Below are positions 48,691-61,120 of a stretch of DNA of 64,000 bases, one piece after another. How positions within the stretch are numbered: position 1 is the first letter of the stretch; every line of letters starts with the position of its first letter. The notes beneath the pieces were generated by a model. It saw nothing but the letters and a program-made list of their open reading frames with translations, made no database searches and was not told the DNA's origin. Source of the DNA: Podarcis muralis (taxonomy: Eukaryota); NCBI RefSeq assembly GCF_964188315.1, contig NC_135658.1, positions 54,126,001 to 54,190,000 on the forward strand. Reading direction: 5' to 3'. The position numbers and the translations under genes are program-made.

Positions 48691-49809
48691 CCCCATCCCT
48701 TCCAGTAAGAATGTGGGTACAGAGCTTTCCCTGATTAGGGAACGCCAGTTCCTTTCCATTTTTCAGAAGATAATAACTTTTGGAAATGTATTGAAATGGG
48801 AGAATCCTCAGTACATATGCGAGGTTTTGCCTGTTTTTGTCAAGAAGTCATGAGGAAACGACACGCATCAGGCAGAGCACAGCCCTGTCGTCATGCATAT
48901 GGCCAGCACTATTGCTTTTTAGTTAGCATTAGAATACAATATAATGTTTCCTAATTATGGTATTGATTTTTTAATGGATTCCCCTCCCAGAACACCCAAA
49001 GGCACAGATGAGTATCGCAAATGAATCATAAGGGAACTACTTGGAACTATGTATATCAGTACAACATACAGGTGTTGCGTTGTGGATTGGCTTTTAGTTA
49101 GCCTGTATCAAAAGTGCTTAGGTTGGAGAGCATTTTTTAAAATGTATATGTTTATTTCTAGCAGAGATCAATAATTGTCGGCTAATACAGTAATCCTATA
49201 TCACCCTCCTCTTCTTGTTAATTGCATTCTTGTTTAAATTATTGTAGATTAATTTACTACAGACATTAAAGCAGGAATGGCTAGCCGGTGATGCTCCACA
49301 TGTTGTTAAATGACAACAGTGGCAGGGAACCTCGGCCTACAGACCAAATTAGGCTGGCAAAGGGTCCTGATTTGATCCATAAAAACATTTCCCCTAAACT
49401 TTAACCACCAGTCCCATATGTGACATAGGGCAGTAAAGGATAGGGTGGCAAAGGAACAAATGAGAGATTTAAGGTGTGCTTCACAGAATAGTCTATCCTG
49501 CAGTGCAGCCGATCCTAGCCCCAGGCGATCAGTGCTTACCACAAAGACCTTGGGGAACCACTTTCTTTGCCTGTGGGTTTAATTACATACCATGCAGGCA
49601 AATGAAGAAGGGTTTGCAGCAGCACAGGTAAATGCTTCACCTGACATCATGGTGATTAAGTGATTGATAAGAGGGCATCCCCACCCACATATCAAAGTAG
49701 ACCACAGGATTTGTAGGTAGTCTGGAACTGGATTTCATTCCTCACCCTGAACTGCAACTTCCGTCATTCCTGACCATTGGCTGTGCTGGCTGAGAATGAT
49801 GGGAGTAGG

Positions 49810-50826
49810 CATACGTTCTTGAAAAAACCAGAGGCATTCTTGTTGGGAATGGTAGGAGAGGATATCGCTAAGAATGATCAGAAATTGTTCCTATATGCAA
49901 CAACAGTGGCGAGGCTATTGCTAGCTCAGGTCTGGTAAAGGTAAAGGTAAAGATACCCCTGCCCGTACGGGCCAGTCTTGCCAGACTCTAGGGTTGTGCG
50001 CCCATCTCACTCAAGAGGCCGGGGGCCAGCGCTGTCCGGAGACACTTCCGGGTCACGTGGCCAGCGTGACATCGCTGCTCTGGCGAGCCAGAGCCGCACA
50101 CGGAAACGCCGTTTACCTTCCCGCTAGTAAGCGGTCCCTATTTATCTACTTGCACCCGGGAGTGCTTTCGAACTGCTAGGTTGGCAGGCGCTGGGACCGA
50201 GCAACGGGAGCGCACCCCGCCGCGGGGATTCGAACCGCTGACCTTTCGATCGGCAAGCCCTAGGCGCTGAGGCTTTTACCCACAGCGCCATCCGCGTCCC
50301 TAGCTCAGGTCTGGAAACAGCAGCAAATGCCAACAGTGGAAGATTGGCAACAGAAGGTAATGGAATACGCAGAAATAGCTAAATTAAGGGGGAAATCTGA
50401 CAACAGGGTGATGAAACATTCCAGAGAGAATGGAAGAAATTTATGTTGTACATAGAAAAGAAGGTGTGAAATAGAGAAACCAGTAGAACTGAAACATACC
50501 TCATAATGTGCAATACAAATAACTTTACTGGAAAAATAAAATGTATAAAGTGATTAATGTACCAATAGTAGTTGCAAATGACATATAGATAGACAATAAG
50601 AATTGTATATATAGAAGGATTTATTCATTAACAGACATTTTATGGACAAATGCGGAAGCAGTTCAACAATATATAAAATGGAGAAATACAATGCAAAAAA
50701 ATTAGAGGCGATATAAAAAAGTCAGAAGGAGGGAAGTCAGCTCTTAGGAGCAAGTATAAATGTAAAATGTAATACTGTATGTATGTATGTATGTATGTAT
50801 AGTATGAAATTTGTAAAACTAATAAA
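49810..50826 (+). mobile_element. 5'-truncated L1-clade LINE interrupted by a Sauria SINE
   Basis: Frame TFLKKPEAFLLGMVGEDIAKNDQKLFLYATTVARLLLAQVW resumes after the SINE as KQQQMPTVEDWQQKVMEYAEIAKL...(frameshift)ETFQREWKKFMLY; A-rich 3' UTR ending in aataaa. Confidence 0.85.
49936..50300 (-). mobile_element. Sauria SINE, young CpG-rich subfamily
   Basis: Full-length minus copy; exact 14-bp TSD tagctcaggtctgg (49922-49935 and 50301-50314). Confidence 0.95.
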
Positions 50827-51047
50827 GATCATGATGGAAGTAGGAGTCCAACAACATCTAGAGAGCCACAAGTTAGCTACCCCTGCATTAAAGGGTAACA
50901 TAGTGTTCGCCTGTAAAATGGGCCCAGCAATGTACTCTGTCATATGTATATGTTAGGGGGAATAGAAATAGTATAGCTAATGTGCACATTCACCAGGCCT
51001 CATGGAGAAGGAGCACATAATCCTTTCATGAAGAGGGAATTGGGTTA

Positions 51048-51245
51048 ATATGCATAATCTCCAACAAACTGTGCATATATCAACTGAATTTTGCACATTC
51101 TTTAGTCATTATGTGTAATCTCCAGCAGGCCTTGAGGAATGTGTATATCTTAGTTTAATTCTGTACATTATGCAGCTATTGTGCATAATCCCCAACAGGA
51201 CTTGTGAAATGTCAATATCTTGAATACATTGTACACATTCAATAT
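51048..51245. repeat. Three degenerate tandem units of about 65-70 bp
   Basis: Units begin atatgcataatctccaaca, ttatgtgtaatctccagca and ttgtgcataatccccaaca, and each contains atatc(a/t) and t(g/t)(c/t)acatt blocks. Confidence 0.65.
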
Positions 51246-54200
51246 ACAAAATAGGAATTTAGTTGTAACATAAAAGTGAAATGGACAATGTGAATTTTCC
51301 TAAAATTCCTCCAAACAAGCTCAAACCAAATCATTGTTTAATTAATTCTAAGAACTAGTGGTGTTAAAAGGTTGTATAATAAATGGAGAATACTTTGCTG
51401 ACTTAATATCACTGAGACATTGAGACATTTGTATTGTACTTGTAAATCCCCATGGGGAGAATAGACATGGAGAGCAAAATACTTTCCATTTGTAGAATGT
51501 TTCTTTGTGCTATTCAGAAACCAACAATCATTCATCAAGTCTTAGACCACAACATAAGCCACAGAATATCATCATGTAATAACTATTTTCTTAGAGATTT
51601 GGCAACACAGACATGGATGTTAAAGAGAGGTAGACTTAGAATGCTTCTTTCTCAAAAGAGATGGTAGAATGATCCCAGGATCTCCTTTGATGGTATAGTA
51701 TATGGTTCTTTTACTTGGACATATATCTATTATTGTCGGCAAGGCACAAAATAAACATCAATAGTCTTCCATTTAAAATGTATTTTCCACTAGATAAGTG
51801 ATGCCTTTTTAAGCTGGCCTTGTAAATATCAGACTGTATAATAAGCATATGTTGAGTTTGGCATCTGTATTTTTGTGTCATTTTAATTTCCTAAATATGC
51901 ATTGCATATGGTCAATAGCCTTCATGTTTTAATAGCTATAGTACATGAAAGGAGCATTAAGTGAAACAGAAATCCATTTAAAAGCTCCATGAACACTCCT
52001 TTCTACACACAAAGGGTACACAAGCACTGGGCAAATGGATATCTTTAACCTGTTGAACTTGTTGATCAATGATGGAAGTGCTATAGCCAACTGAGAATTA
52101 TTCTGTTGCACTATTGACCCTAGACAGATTGGGCATTGGTAAATGCAGGACAGTCTTTTGTTTTCTATGTGCTCTAGTAAGAACAATACTGTTATCTCTA
52201 ACCAAAGCCTGGGGATTGTGCTTAGAAAGGAATTAACATGGTCAGTCCTAGATATCTTTAACCATTTCACGGTCAGCTCTTCCCTTGTACTAATGACCTG
52301 TATGTTGTTCAGAAAACAAGTCCTAGCGAATAAAAATGGGTAAAATCCTAGTGAACAGTTGGTGCCATTCTGAGATGCTTTCAAAATCACCATCTGGAAT
52401 CTAGAATCTTTCTGGACTCCAGAAGGTAGACTTGAGCACAAGGTTTCAAGTTAGATTTGCATCTGTTTCAATATGATCAATGTGGGGTTCAGTGTGAAAC
52501 CTTGAATTGCTAACAAAGTGCTAACATTCAGTTTTCTCTGAACAGTACATGGTCTCCATCGACTGTCTGCGTATCTGTCATTTACTGTACAGTATGGAAC
52601 ATGCCTACAGTACACACAATGGATTCAAAGGTGATGTGACTATGACAGGAGTGACATATCAACATGTGTCAAATCTTCTCAGGTTTTCTTGCCAAGTGGC
52701 AGCTAATGGAGCATAGGAAAAGAATGAACCAATAGGGCCATGGAACAATGGGAGTGCACAATTTGCATGCAGTACAGAGAACCAAATAAAAATATTTGGC
52801 CTATACATAGCTCCACCATGAACGATGTAGTTTTAGGGCTGGCTCCCATGTTAAATTCACTCCCATGTCTATGAACATCACCCTTGAAGGAATACATCAC
52901 TGGCTGAAAGACAACAACAAAGAAAAGTCAATGGGTTATATCCAGCACTGACTGAGCAAAAGGGTGGACCTGTTTGTGCACTGGGACTTCACCTTCCCCA
53001 TCCTCTCCCCTGCAGCCCTCTGTACACTTTCAAAATCTGCTCTGCAGGGTGGCAGGAGAAAGAAGTCAAGTGCTGTTATGCAAGCAGAAGTCCACTTGTG
53101 TAACATGGCAATGTGCCCAATATTGCCAAGCCACATTTTTTGTTGCATTTGTGTCCTGGACTCAAAGCAGCATCTTAAGCTCACAATAACCATCCGAGTA
53201 GGTGAATGGGTGATAATACCATAAATGAAAATCAAATATTTCATTGAACAGCTGCAAAAAATGTCAGATAAAAATTAGCATTGTAATCTGACTACTGCTG
53301 TTGCTGCTGCTTCTGTTTTAAATTACCTGCCCTTCACCGGCAGGTCCTAGGGCAGGTCACAGCAATTTAAAACTCAGTATAAAGAACTGTTAAAATAATT
53401 AAAAATCTGTCTGTATCACTTCCCACAATGAGATGATACAATATTTGTGTAACTATACAAGTGGGGAAGACAGATCATGTCCAAAACGAGAGAAAATAAC
53501 GAAATAAAGATGCTACAGAATAGTATTAATTGAGTTCATTAAAGAGCATTTATATGTTGTCCTTGTAGTGAAGGGTAGGCAGTTCATGAAGTATGTTAAG
53601 ATGTATCTGTGTCTTTGTAAATAAATTGTTTAGAGTTCTCAGATTTCTAGCTAAATGGCTCCAAAGTTTATTGGGCCTCGTGCTTGTGTTGACTGAAAAT
53701 AAGATCATGCTATTAACGTTCAATTACAGTGCTCTGAAATCAGACAACGAGGCACCATTGGCACAGCCCCAGGAAAACATTCTGTAGTGAGATACAAATC
53801 AAGACTGCTGCTTCTAACAGCTAACATGAAATTCATTTTAATACATTGCATGCTTAGCATGTTCTCCGATCAATTTGCCAGTTCGATTTTCCAAGATCGC
53901 TATGAATAAAGTGTAAGCTAAGGTTGCAATACTTACAAACAATCCCATTAAACCCTCAATCTTTCAAACAGATTTTGCCATAGTTTCTAACGCATAAATG
54001 AGCTAGATGTTATCTGAAGAACAACCTGTTAAATTCTGTCCATTTCTGTGTTGCTATCTTTAACAACCCCAAAACATGCCACCTTGAATAATATTGTACA
54101 ATTGTTTACGCAAAATGTATTCTTTTTATTAAAAAAAACCTCCCCAAATATTGTTTTAATTATGTGCCCCATAAATATGTTTATTAAATCTGGATGGCAT

Positions 54201-57039
54201 GGTGGACTTGTGGGATCGCTTTATATGAACGATGTCTGTTTTAAAGTTGCACCAATTAGCATATTTAACACAAGTTTAAAATGTAAGCATTGCACAATGC
54301 AATATGCTATTCAGAATGACCTTAGTGCACAGAAGCCTCCTTGTTGGCTACTCTATACAAATTGACTTTCTCCCATTTCTGCACAAGAGCTTGCCTGCAG
54401 ATCTATGTTCTCTAATTAATTGCTCTATTTCCCATTGTTTCCAACATCCCAGAATGCTGCTGTAATGCTCACCATATGCAATGATGGTGGAAATCATGGA
54501 TTCAAATTTCCCATGCTTTCCAGGATGCCCAGATGTTGCTGCAAACATGCTTAGTAACATCTCTTACCTGAGCTGCAACATATATCCACACTCCCCCTGC
54601 TGTTCCTTGATGGAGTTGTGGGGTGAAGAGACTCTAGGATACACTACATCAAAGCCTATGGGCCACCTCATCTATTTCAGATCCAGTTCAGAGCTGGGAT
54701 TAGCTTCCAGACATCCTGTAGACATAAAACAGATTCACTTACTCTATTTAACTTCTTGAGCAGGTTTTGGTATAATTTTAGTTGGCAATCCTGTACGTTC
54801 CCAACCAGAATTAATTAGCTTATATCCTACTGGACAGGGCTGCAAGATAAGTTTACTTCCTTCGTACATGTGGCATATAGTTTGCGTTAAGTAAACCTTC
54901 ATATTTATTAGCACTCAAAATCTGGACACACATTCAATGGCAAAACAGAAGTGGGGGGAAGTGGCTTCAGCGGAAATTAAACATTTCACCTCAGACCTCA
55001 AACTTCGGTGCACCTAAAAAAACTGAAGGAATATAATTAATTTGGGAAGAATCCTTAGTGCAATGTTTGTTTCTCTTGCTGTATCTATTTCCCTTCTCAT
55101 TTCCTTTGGCTGCTTGCACGCAGCCATGATGATATTAATTTCTTTGCAACACTCTTGAACGCGACACAGAATAACATCATTTCCCATATAAAGCCCCTTA
55201 GGTCCAGAGACTGTGCTTCTGAGCTACATAGGCAGATAAGAACACTCAATCTTGCTTGCAGCTTCAGTTCAGCCCGAGTGCCTTCTGTCAAGATGCAAAC
55301 TTTGCTATCCCCCTGTGAGGTACAGCTAACTGTGTTCAGGGCCTCAACCCTGTCATCTCGCCTCCCTTTTGGGCTCATTTATTGAGAGAGTGTGCAAGAA
55401 TCAGCCATGGGGAAAAGGAAAGCTCACCATGACAAACCTAACATCTAACAAGCTTCTCTCTGAGGCCTATGGCCTGTCAAAGCCACATGCCTTAATATTG
55501 TACGAACAAACCACTTTAGGCCAAAGAACAGACACGCTGCTGTTTCAAGTCATCCTAAGCTTCCTTTTATTCCTCTACCGCTTTCTCCCTATTGCTTTCC
55601 CCCTCCCCTGATTTGTTTGTTTGTTTGTTTGTTTCAGGCTATATGTAGGTCTAGGCCAGGGTTAAATGAGTCTCCAGTTGTAATACTCACAGGAAGGGCC
55701 AGACCACAAAAATCAGCATGATGGTTATTTACCATAACCATATACAAAACCACAAGCAGCAAAGGTTCCCTCAAATACTTCAGAGACCTTATACATCTCT
55801 TCATTAAAACCTGTCAGAGTTGTTATATTTCACTTTGCCTCAAAGTCACAGCAAGGAAAGATTTTAAAGTACCAGACACAAGCAGGGCAGTAAGAAATTT
55901 TGCAAGAATATTGTTTTAAAATACATCCACCCCTTTCTTCAACATTTCCCTCTGTTTATCAATAATTCTCTCTCTTTAATTTATATTGAACTTGCCACAG
56001 TTCCACAAAGAAGATTCCGCTGACTGAGGCCTCTAGAATAATTTAATCACTCATAAATAAAGCATCTTTATTGCTTCATATGAGTTATCCTGCCCCAGAA
56101 TTTGCAGTGAGTATACCACGTGTCATAGTAACCCATTATCGTCCACATGTTTGTAAGATTAGAGTTACAGAAATGGTGTTGTTGCTTTCACATATTTCAA
56201 TATTACAAATGATTTGGTTGAGAGTTTTTCTGATTTCCCTCCTTGACCTTGCCCCTATATAGTGACTGAGCATAAGTAGGTTGGTGCAAGCAATGTTCTA
56301 ACACCAGGCATAAAATCTCAAGATGTTGCAAGATTCCCCATTACCAATGGAATGCAGCTAAAAATCATCAATTTTTTTTAGCTATCAAAAATTCACAACT
56401 ACCCATGCGTAATTAATCAAACCAATATAAACAGTGAATAATAGTTTTATTATTCAGATATGTATAATTCTGAATTTTTTTGATAACCAAATCAATATGA
56501 AATTCATCTTTAAATGCATGAAATTTGTTCAATACTAATGATAAATTTACCACTGATTAATAAATTGCATCAGTGAAATTTTGTGAAATTGGGATGTTTA
56601 TTGGCGCCTTCATAAAGCAATACTCAGATACTGCAACATATCCTATTTAATTCTAATTCAAAATCTGTGGTTCCAATTTAAACAGATAGCAATAGATAGC
56701 AATATGAAAGCAGCAGGACAATAATATATGATACACAGTTATGGCACTGCTAAGTAATGTCTTGCCTCACTTTGGTTGGTGCCAGTTTGAGATACATGTA
56801 ATGCACATGTGACTCTGAGTCATTTGCACTGTCAGCTTCTGGGTCTGTACTTAAATAGAATGGTAACTGCCCTGAATGATCTGAAGGGGAGAAACATATT
56901 TGTATCAATGTACTATATGTAGAAAGTCTGTTGCAGCAACTGAGCTACTTCAACACTCTAATAAGCTCTTTTTGTAAACCTCACAGGTTTTACTACAGTT
57001 AAGTGGAACATGCACACAGACCCTGAGGTCATAATCAGA

Positions 57040-57220
57040 AGCCATTCTTCAAGTTCCCCCTCTGAAAGTAGTTCAGAGGCAGGCAACAAGGGAGGGGCCT
57101 GTCCAGCACTGGCCCCCTGCCAATGGAATGCTTTCCTCAGGGAGGTTGACCTGGCACCAACTATGATGGTATTATGGTGCCAGGTGAAATCCCTTTTGTA
57201 CCACCAAGCATTTGAATGAA
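57040..57220 (+). mobile_element. L2 LINE 3' end fragment
   Basis: Translates to ...WNAFLREVDLAPTMMVLWCQVKSLLYHQAF, degenerate L2 WNxLPxEIRLAPSLxxFRxQVKTxLFxQAF. Confidence 0.7.
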
Positions 57221-59959
57221 GCACTGTTTCTTCATAGGGGAAGATCAGTTTTCATTTCTTAAGTGTGTAGTGATCATGTCAACAGAGAGGTTTTTATAAA
57301 CTGTAACTCGTTAGTGTTTTACCGTGTGATGATGCTATGTTCATTCACACTATTGCATACATCTGTTACTTTAAATTGTAATAATTTTATAAAAAGATAT
57401 ATATTTGTTTCCTTTGCAGCCTTTTGTTTTCCTTCGCAAGCACACAGTTCCTTTTACATTTTTTTCAGGCTCAGTTTTAAATAACTAGTTCTTTCCGATT
57501 GCTTACGTGCTCTTCTAATTTCTGGAGAGAATGACTCTAAGCAAAAATAAATAAATAAACCAAAATATATTGCCCAATCCTCACCAGCAAGCTTCAAGAT
57601 GACCAGACTCTGAAAACAGAACTTTTCCCAGAAAACCACACCTTCTTGAAACACATTAGCAATATGGGAATTTTTCTGAAGAATTGGTTGGAAGTGAGAG
57701 GAAACAAATTTAGGCCAGTTAAGAAGTGAGTGTGTATGTGTGTATGGTTTGGAAGATTAAATCATATTTCATTCAGACTATTATTTATTCAAAGATATGA
57801 ATGCAGTAAAGATTGTTGTCAAAGCTCACCTGGGTAACATGGCCAAACCATGACTAAGTCCCACTGTGACTTGGCTCTCCTATCAAGAGCAGTGGGGTTG
57901 GTTCAAGTCAATAGGATGAGAGCATCCTTGTTCTTGTGATTCCAAACACCTCTTTGCAAACCCTTCGCAAATTGTGGAGTTGCTCTAATAAATTTGTAGA
58001 CACTTCAAATGCTCAGAGGATGTGCTTGTTCTTAATTTTAGAAGTAAATAACCTTTAACTCTACCATCTATCTATAAATTCAGCATATTGTTCCAAGAAT
58101 AGCAACTAGTACCTTCTTCACCCCTTCAAAGAGACAATCCCACCCCCACCCCCCAAAAAATGGGTTACCTAGTTACAATGGAACTGAACATATATAGGGT
58201 TACAACGGAAGCCAGAACATATATAGCCACTATGCTACCTAGCTACAAATCGTCTTCTTCTCACTCAACACTGGTTATATCTCCTCTTCCTGGTGATCAG
58301 TCATGCTGGTTGAAACTTGAACTTCAAATAAATTAGCTGTATCATCAGAGCAGGAGCCTTCTCTCATTTTCCTCTTTAGGGAGGAAAGGAAGCTAATCCA
58401 GGCTCCTTCCTAACAGTCAAGTGAAGAGGTAAGTGAGCATCTGTGAAACAGCACTCAGGTCTATGGATCAGGGCAAATGGTTTTTAATCACATAAAATAG
58501 AGAAAAAGCCAAGCACTTTTCCAATTGGCTTCAATAGGAGGATGCTTCAAGGAGTGCTTCTCACACTGACATCACTAGAACTAAGATTGCTTCACATTAG
58601 GTTATAATTATAACATCATCTGCTTTTAACACTGTGCAGCGACGGCCCATCCTTGAGGCAGACTGAGGCAATGCCTCTGTGGCAGAAGAGAACCGGTGGC
58701 AGTTTCCAGAGACATCTTTTAAGATCTTATCAAAATCTCACAAGATCTTGTGCACTCACAAGATATCACTGGAACCCACTGTTGTTGTTATTGTTGTTGC
58801 TGCTGCTTCGTGGCCACTGCCACACAGCCCAGGTATGGAAGGCAGGGGCAGCAGCAGCATGGTGGGGTGAGACCACCTAAGGTGGTGAAACGGAATGCGC
58901 CACCCCTGATACAGTGACTGCATCTTATTCCAATATAACCTGCTCTATCCACAGAAGCATGGGGTTATAATAACCTTATTTTTCTATTGCCATCAAAGAA
59001 ACCCAAGCCATCCAATTTTTGTTCTTAATTTTTCAAGTCCTCAGAACCAGCAAAAGTACAGGGGAGAAAATCAGGATGAAAACCTAAAGTAAATGTACCT
59101 TAATCCAGGAATAAATTGTGAGGAATAAATGATACATAACGTAAAACACCGGGCAAATGAATGTTATACTGTGTTAGCTTTCTTTACCCTTTATTCTCTG
59201 AGGCCTTTATTTTTCAACTTGCTGGAAAATAATCATGATTTAAAAATGAAACAGAATCTAAGTGTTCAGAGTAATTGGCTGATACACTGAGCCACCCATC
59301 AATAATTATAGTGGGGTGTATCTCATTACACTTTGAAAAGTGGAAGATATTTTTCAGTTCTTCACCATTTAAGCATATTTTTTTCTGGCTAGGACGTACT
59401 GCAACAAGAACACATAAATGGGTACTTTTGTCTTGTTTCCATCTTTTGCAATAAAATGTTATTAAACATTTAAAACAGAAGTCCTTCTGCTATCAGTATT
59501 TTGCAACAAGGATGCTCTATTACTTTCTTAGACTTCAGTATGGGTCTATCAAGAACTTACGAACTTCATTTTTTTGTATTTCAAAAAGGCACTATGTAAG
59601 AAGTATAGAAGGATATTTTTCATTGCATGTACATTCATAAAACGTTGTATTGAATCAATCCTATTTTTATTTTATTTCTAAAAAATTATATCCCTCCCTT
59701 TATGGGCCAGTTGGCATTCTCACTGTGGCTTGCAAAATAGTTTATTTTTAAAAAGTGGACGGATATTACAAAAACAACAATAGCAGTGCAGTACAGGAGA
59801 AAACTCTCAAGAATACAAATCTCACAGCATTTTAAAAGTATTTAAAAAATTAAGTTAGCAGTGTCTGAAAGTGTAGGAAAATACAAAGGTGCTGAAAGGA
59901 TAGCAAAGTCCATGCCAGGCGAGGCAAGCCTCCCTAGAGAGGCATTTCACAGGCTACAA

Positions 59960-60209
59960 CATGGGTAGGCAAACTAAAGCCCAGGGGCTGGATCTGGCAC
60001 AATTGCCTTCTAAATCCGGCCCGTGGACGGTCCGGGAATCAGTGTGTTTTTACATGAGTAGAATGTGTGCTTTTATTTAAAATGCATCTCTGGGTTATTT
60101 GTGGGGCATAGGAATTTGTTCTTTCCCTCCAAAAAAATATAGTCCGGGCCACCACAAGGTCTGAGGGACAGTGGACAGGCCCCCTGCTGAAAAAGTTTGC
60201 TGACGCCTG
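59960..60209. mobile_element. hAT MITE inserted in an L2 3' tail
   Basis: TIRs catgggtaggcaaact / agtttgctgacgcctg; exact 8-bp TSD ggctacaa (59952-59959 and 60210-60217). Flanks (about 59665-60225) resemble a minus-strand L2 tail. Confidence 0.9.
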
Positions 60210-60500
60210 GGCTACAACAACTGCAGTACTACAAAGGCTTCATCCATGATTGCCACCTACTTTATACCTGCTGTAGATCTCAGTATGCAAGCAGATTGAT
60301 ACAAGAGAAGAGGGAAGTCTTCCTCAAGCATCTTACATTGGCACCCTTTGGGATACACAGCAAACTTTCAAATTTAATTTCTCAATTCTGTAACCCTTTC
60401 TATCTTATTTGTACGTGTTACAATAAAAAAATCTACAAAAATGTATTAAGGCAAAAAATGTATGTATACTGATAAAAACTGCATTGAAATGTATACAGCA

Positions 60501-60810
60501 CATTTCCGAGCACAATTCAAAATGTTGGTGCTGACCTTTAAAGCCCTAAATGGCCTCAGCCTAGTATCTCAACCCCTTTTGCTCAACCCAGACACTGAGG
60601 TCTGGCTCCGAGGGTCTTCTGGCAGTTCCCTCACTGTGGGAAATTACAGGGAATCAGGCAGAGGCCTTCTCGATAGTGGTGCTTGCCCCATGGAACGCCC
60701 TCCCATTAGATGTCAAAGAGATAAATAATTATACGATTTTCTGAAGGAATCTGAATGCAGCCCCATATTGGAAAGTTTTTAATGTCTGGTGTTTCATTAT
60801 GTTTTTATAG
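60501..60810 (+). mobile_element. L2 LINE 3' fragment
   Basis: HFRAQFKMLVLTFKALNGL ... then gcagaggccttctcgatagtgg ... tggaacgccctccc. Confidence 0.8.
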
Positions 60811-60902
60811 TCCTCTGCTGGCAAACTTCAGAGGAATTTCAAGAGATGCCAAAATGGTATTGATAAGATTTTGAAAATTTCTGAAGGCATTTCACACACA
60901 AG

Positions 60903-61120
60903 TACTGTGTAGTGGTTAGAGTGTCGGGCTAGGACTTGGGAGACTAATGTTCAAATCCCCACTCAGCCATGGCTCAGTGGGTGACATTAGGCCAGTCACT
61001 GCCTCTCAATCTAACCTACCTAACAGAGTTGTTGTGAGGGTTAAATAAGGACAGGGAGAAAACCACATTGAGCTCCTTGGAGAAAAATATGGAATATAAA
61101 TGCAATAACTAACTAATTAA
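60903..61120 (+). mobile_element. tRNA-derived CORE-type SINE (Squam3/MIR-like)
   Basis: tgtgtagtggttagagtgtcggg (A box) ... gttcaaatccccactcagccat (B box) ... ggccagtcactgcctctcaatctaacctacc ... ttgagctccttggag. Confidence 0.85.

Noticed and set aside
51929-52441. 170-aa minus ORF
   Set aside because: Non-ATG start, no recognisable domain; consistent with chance.
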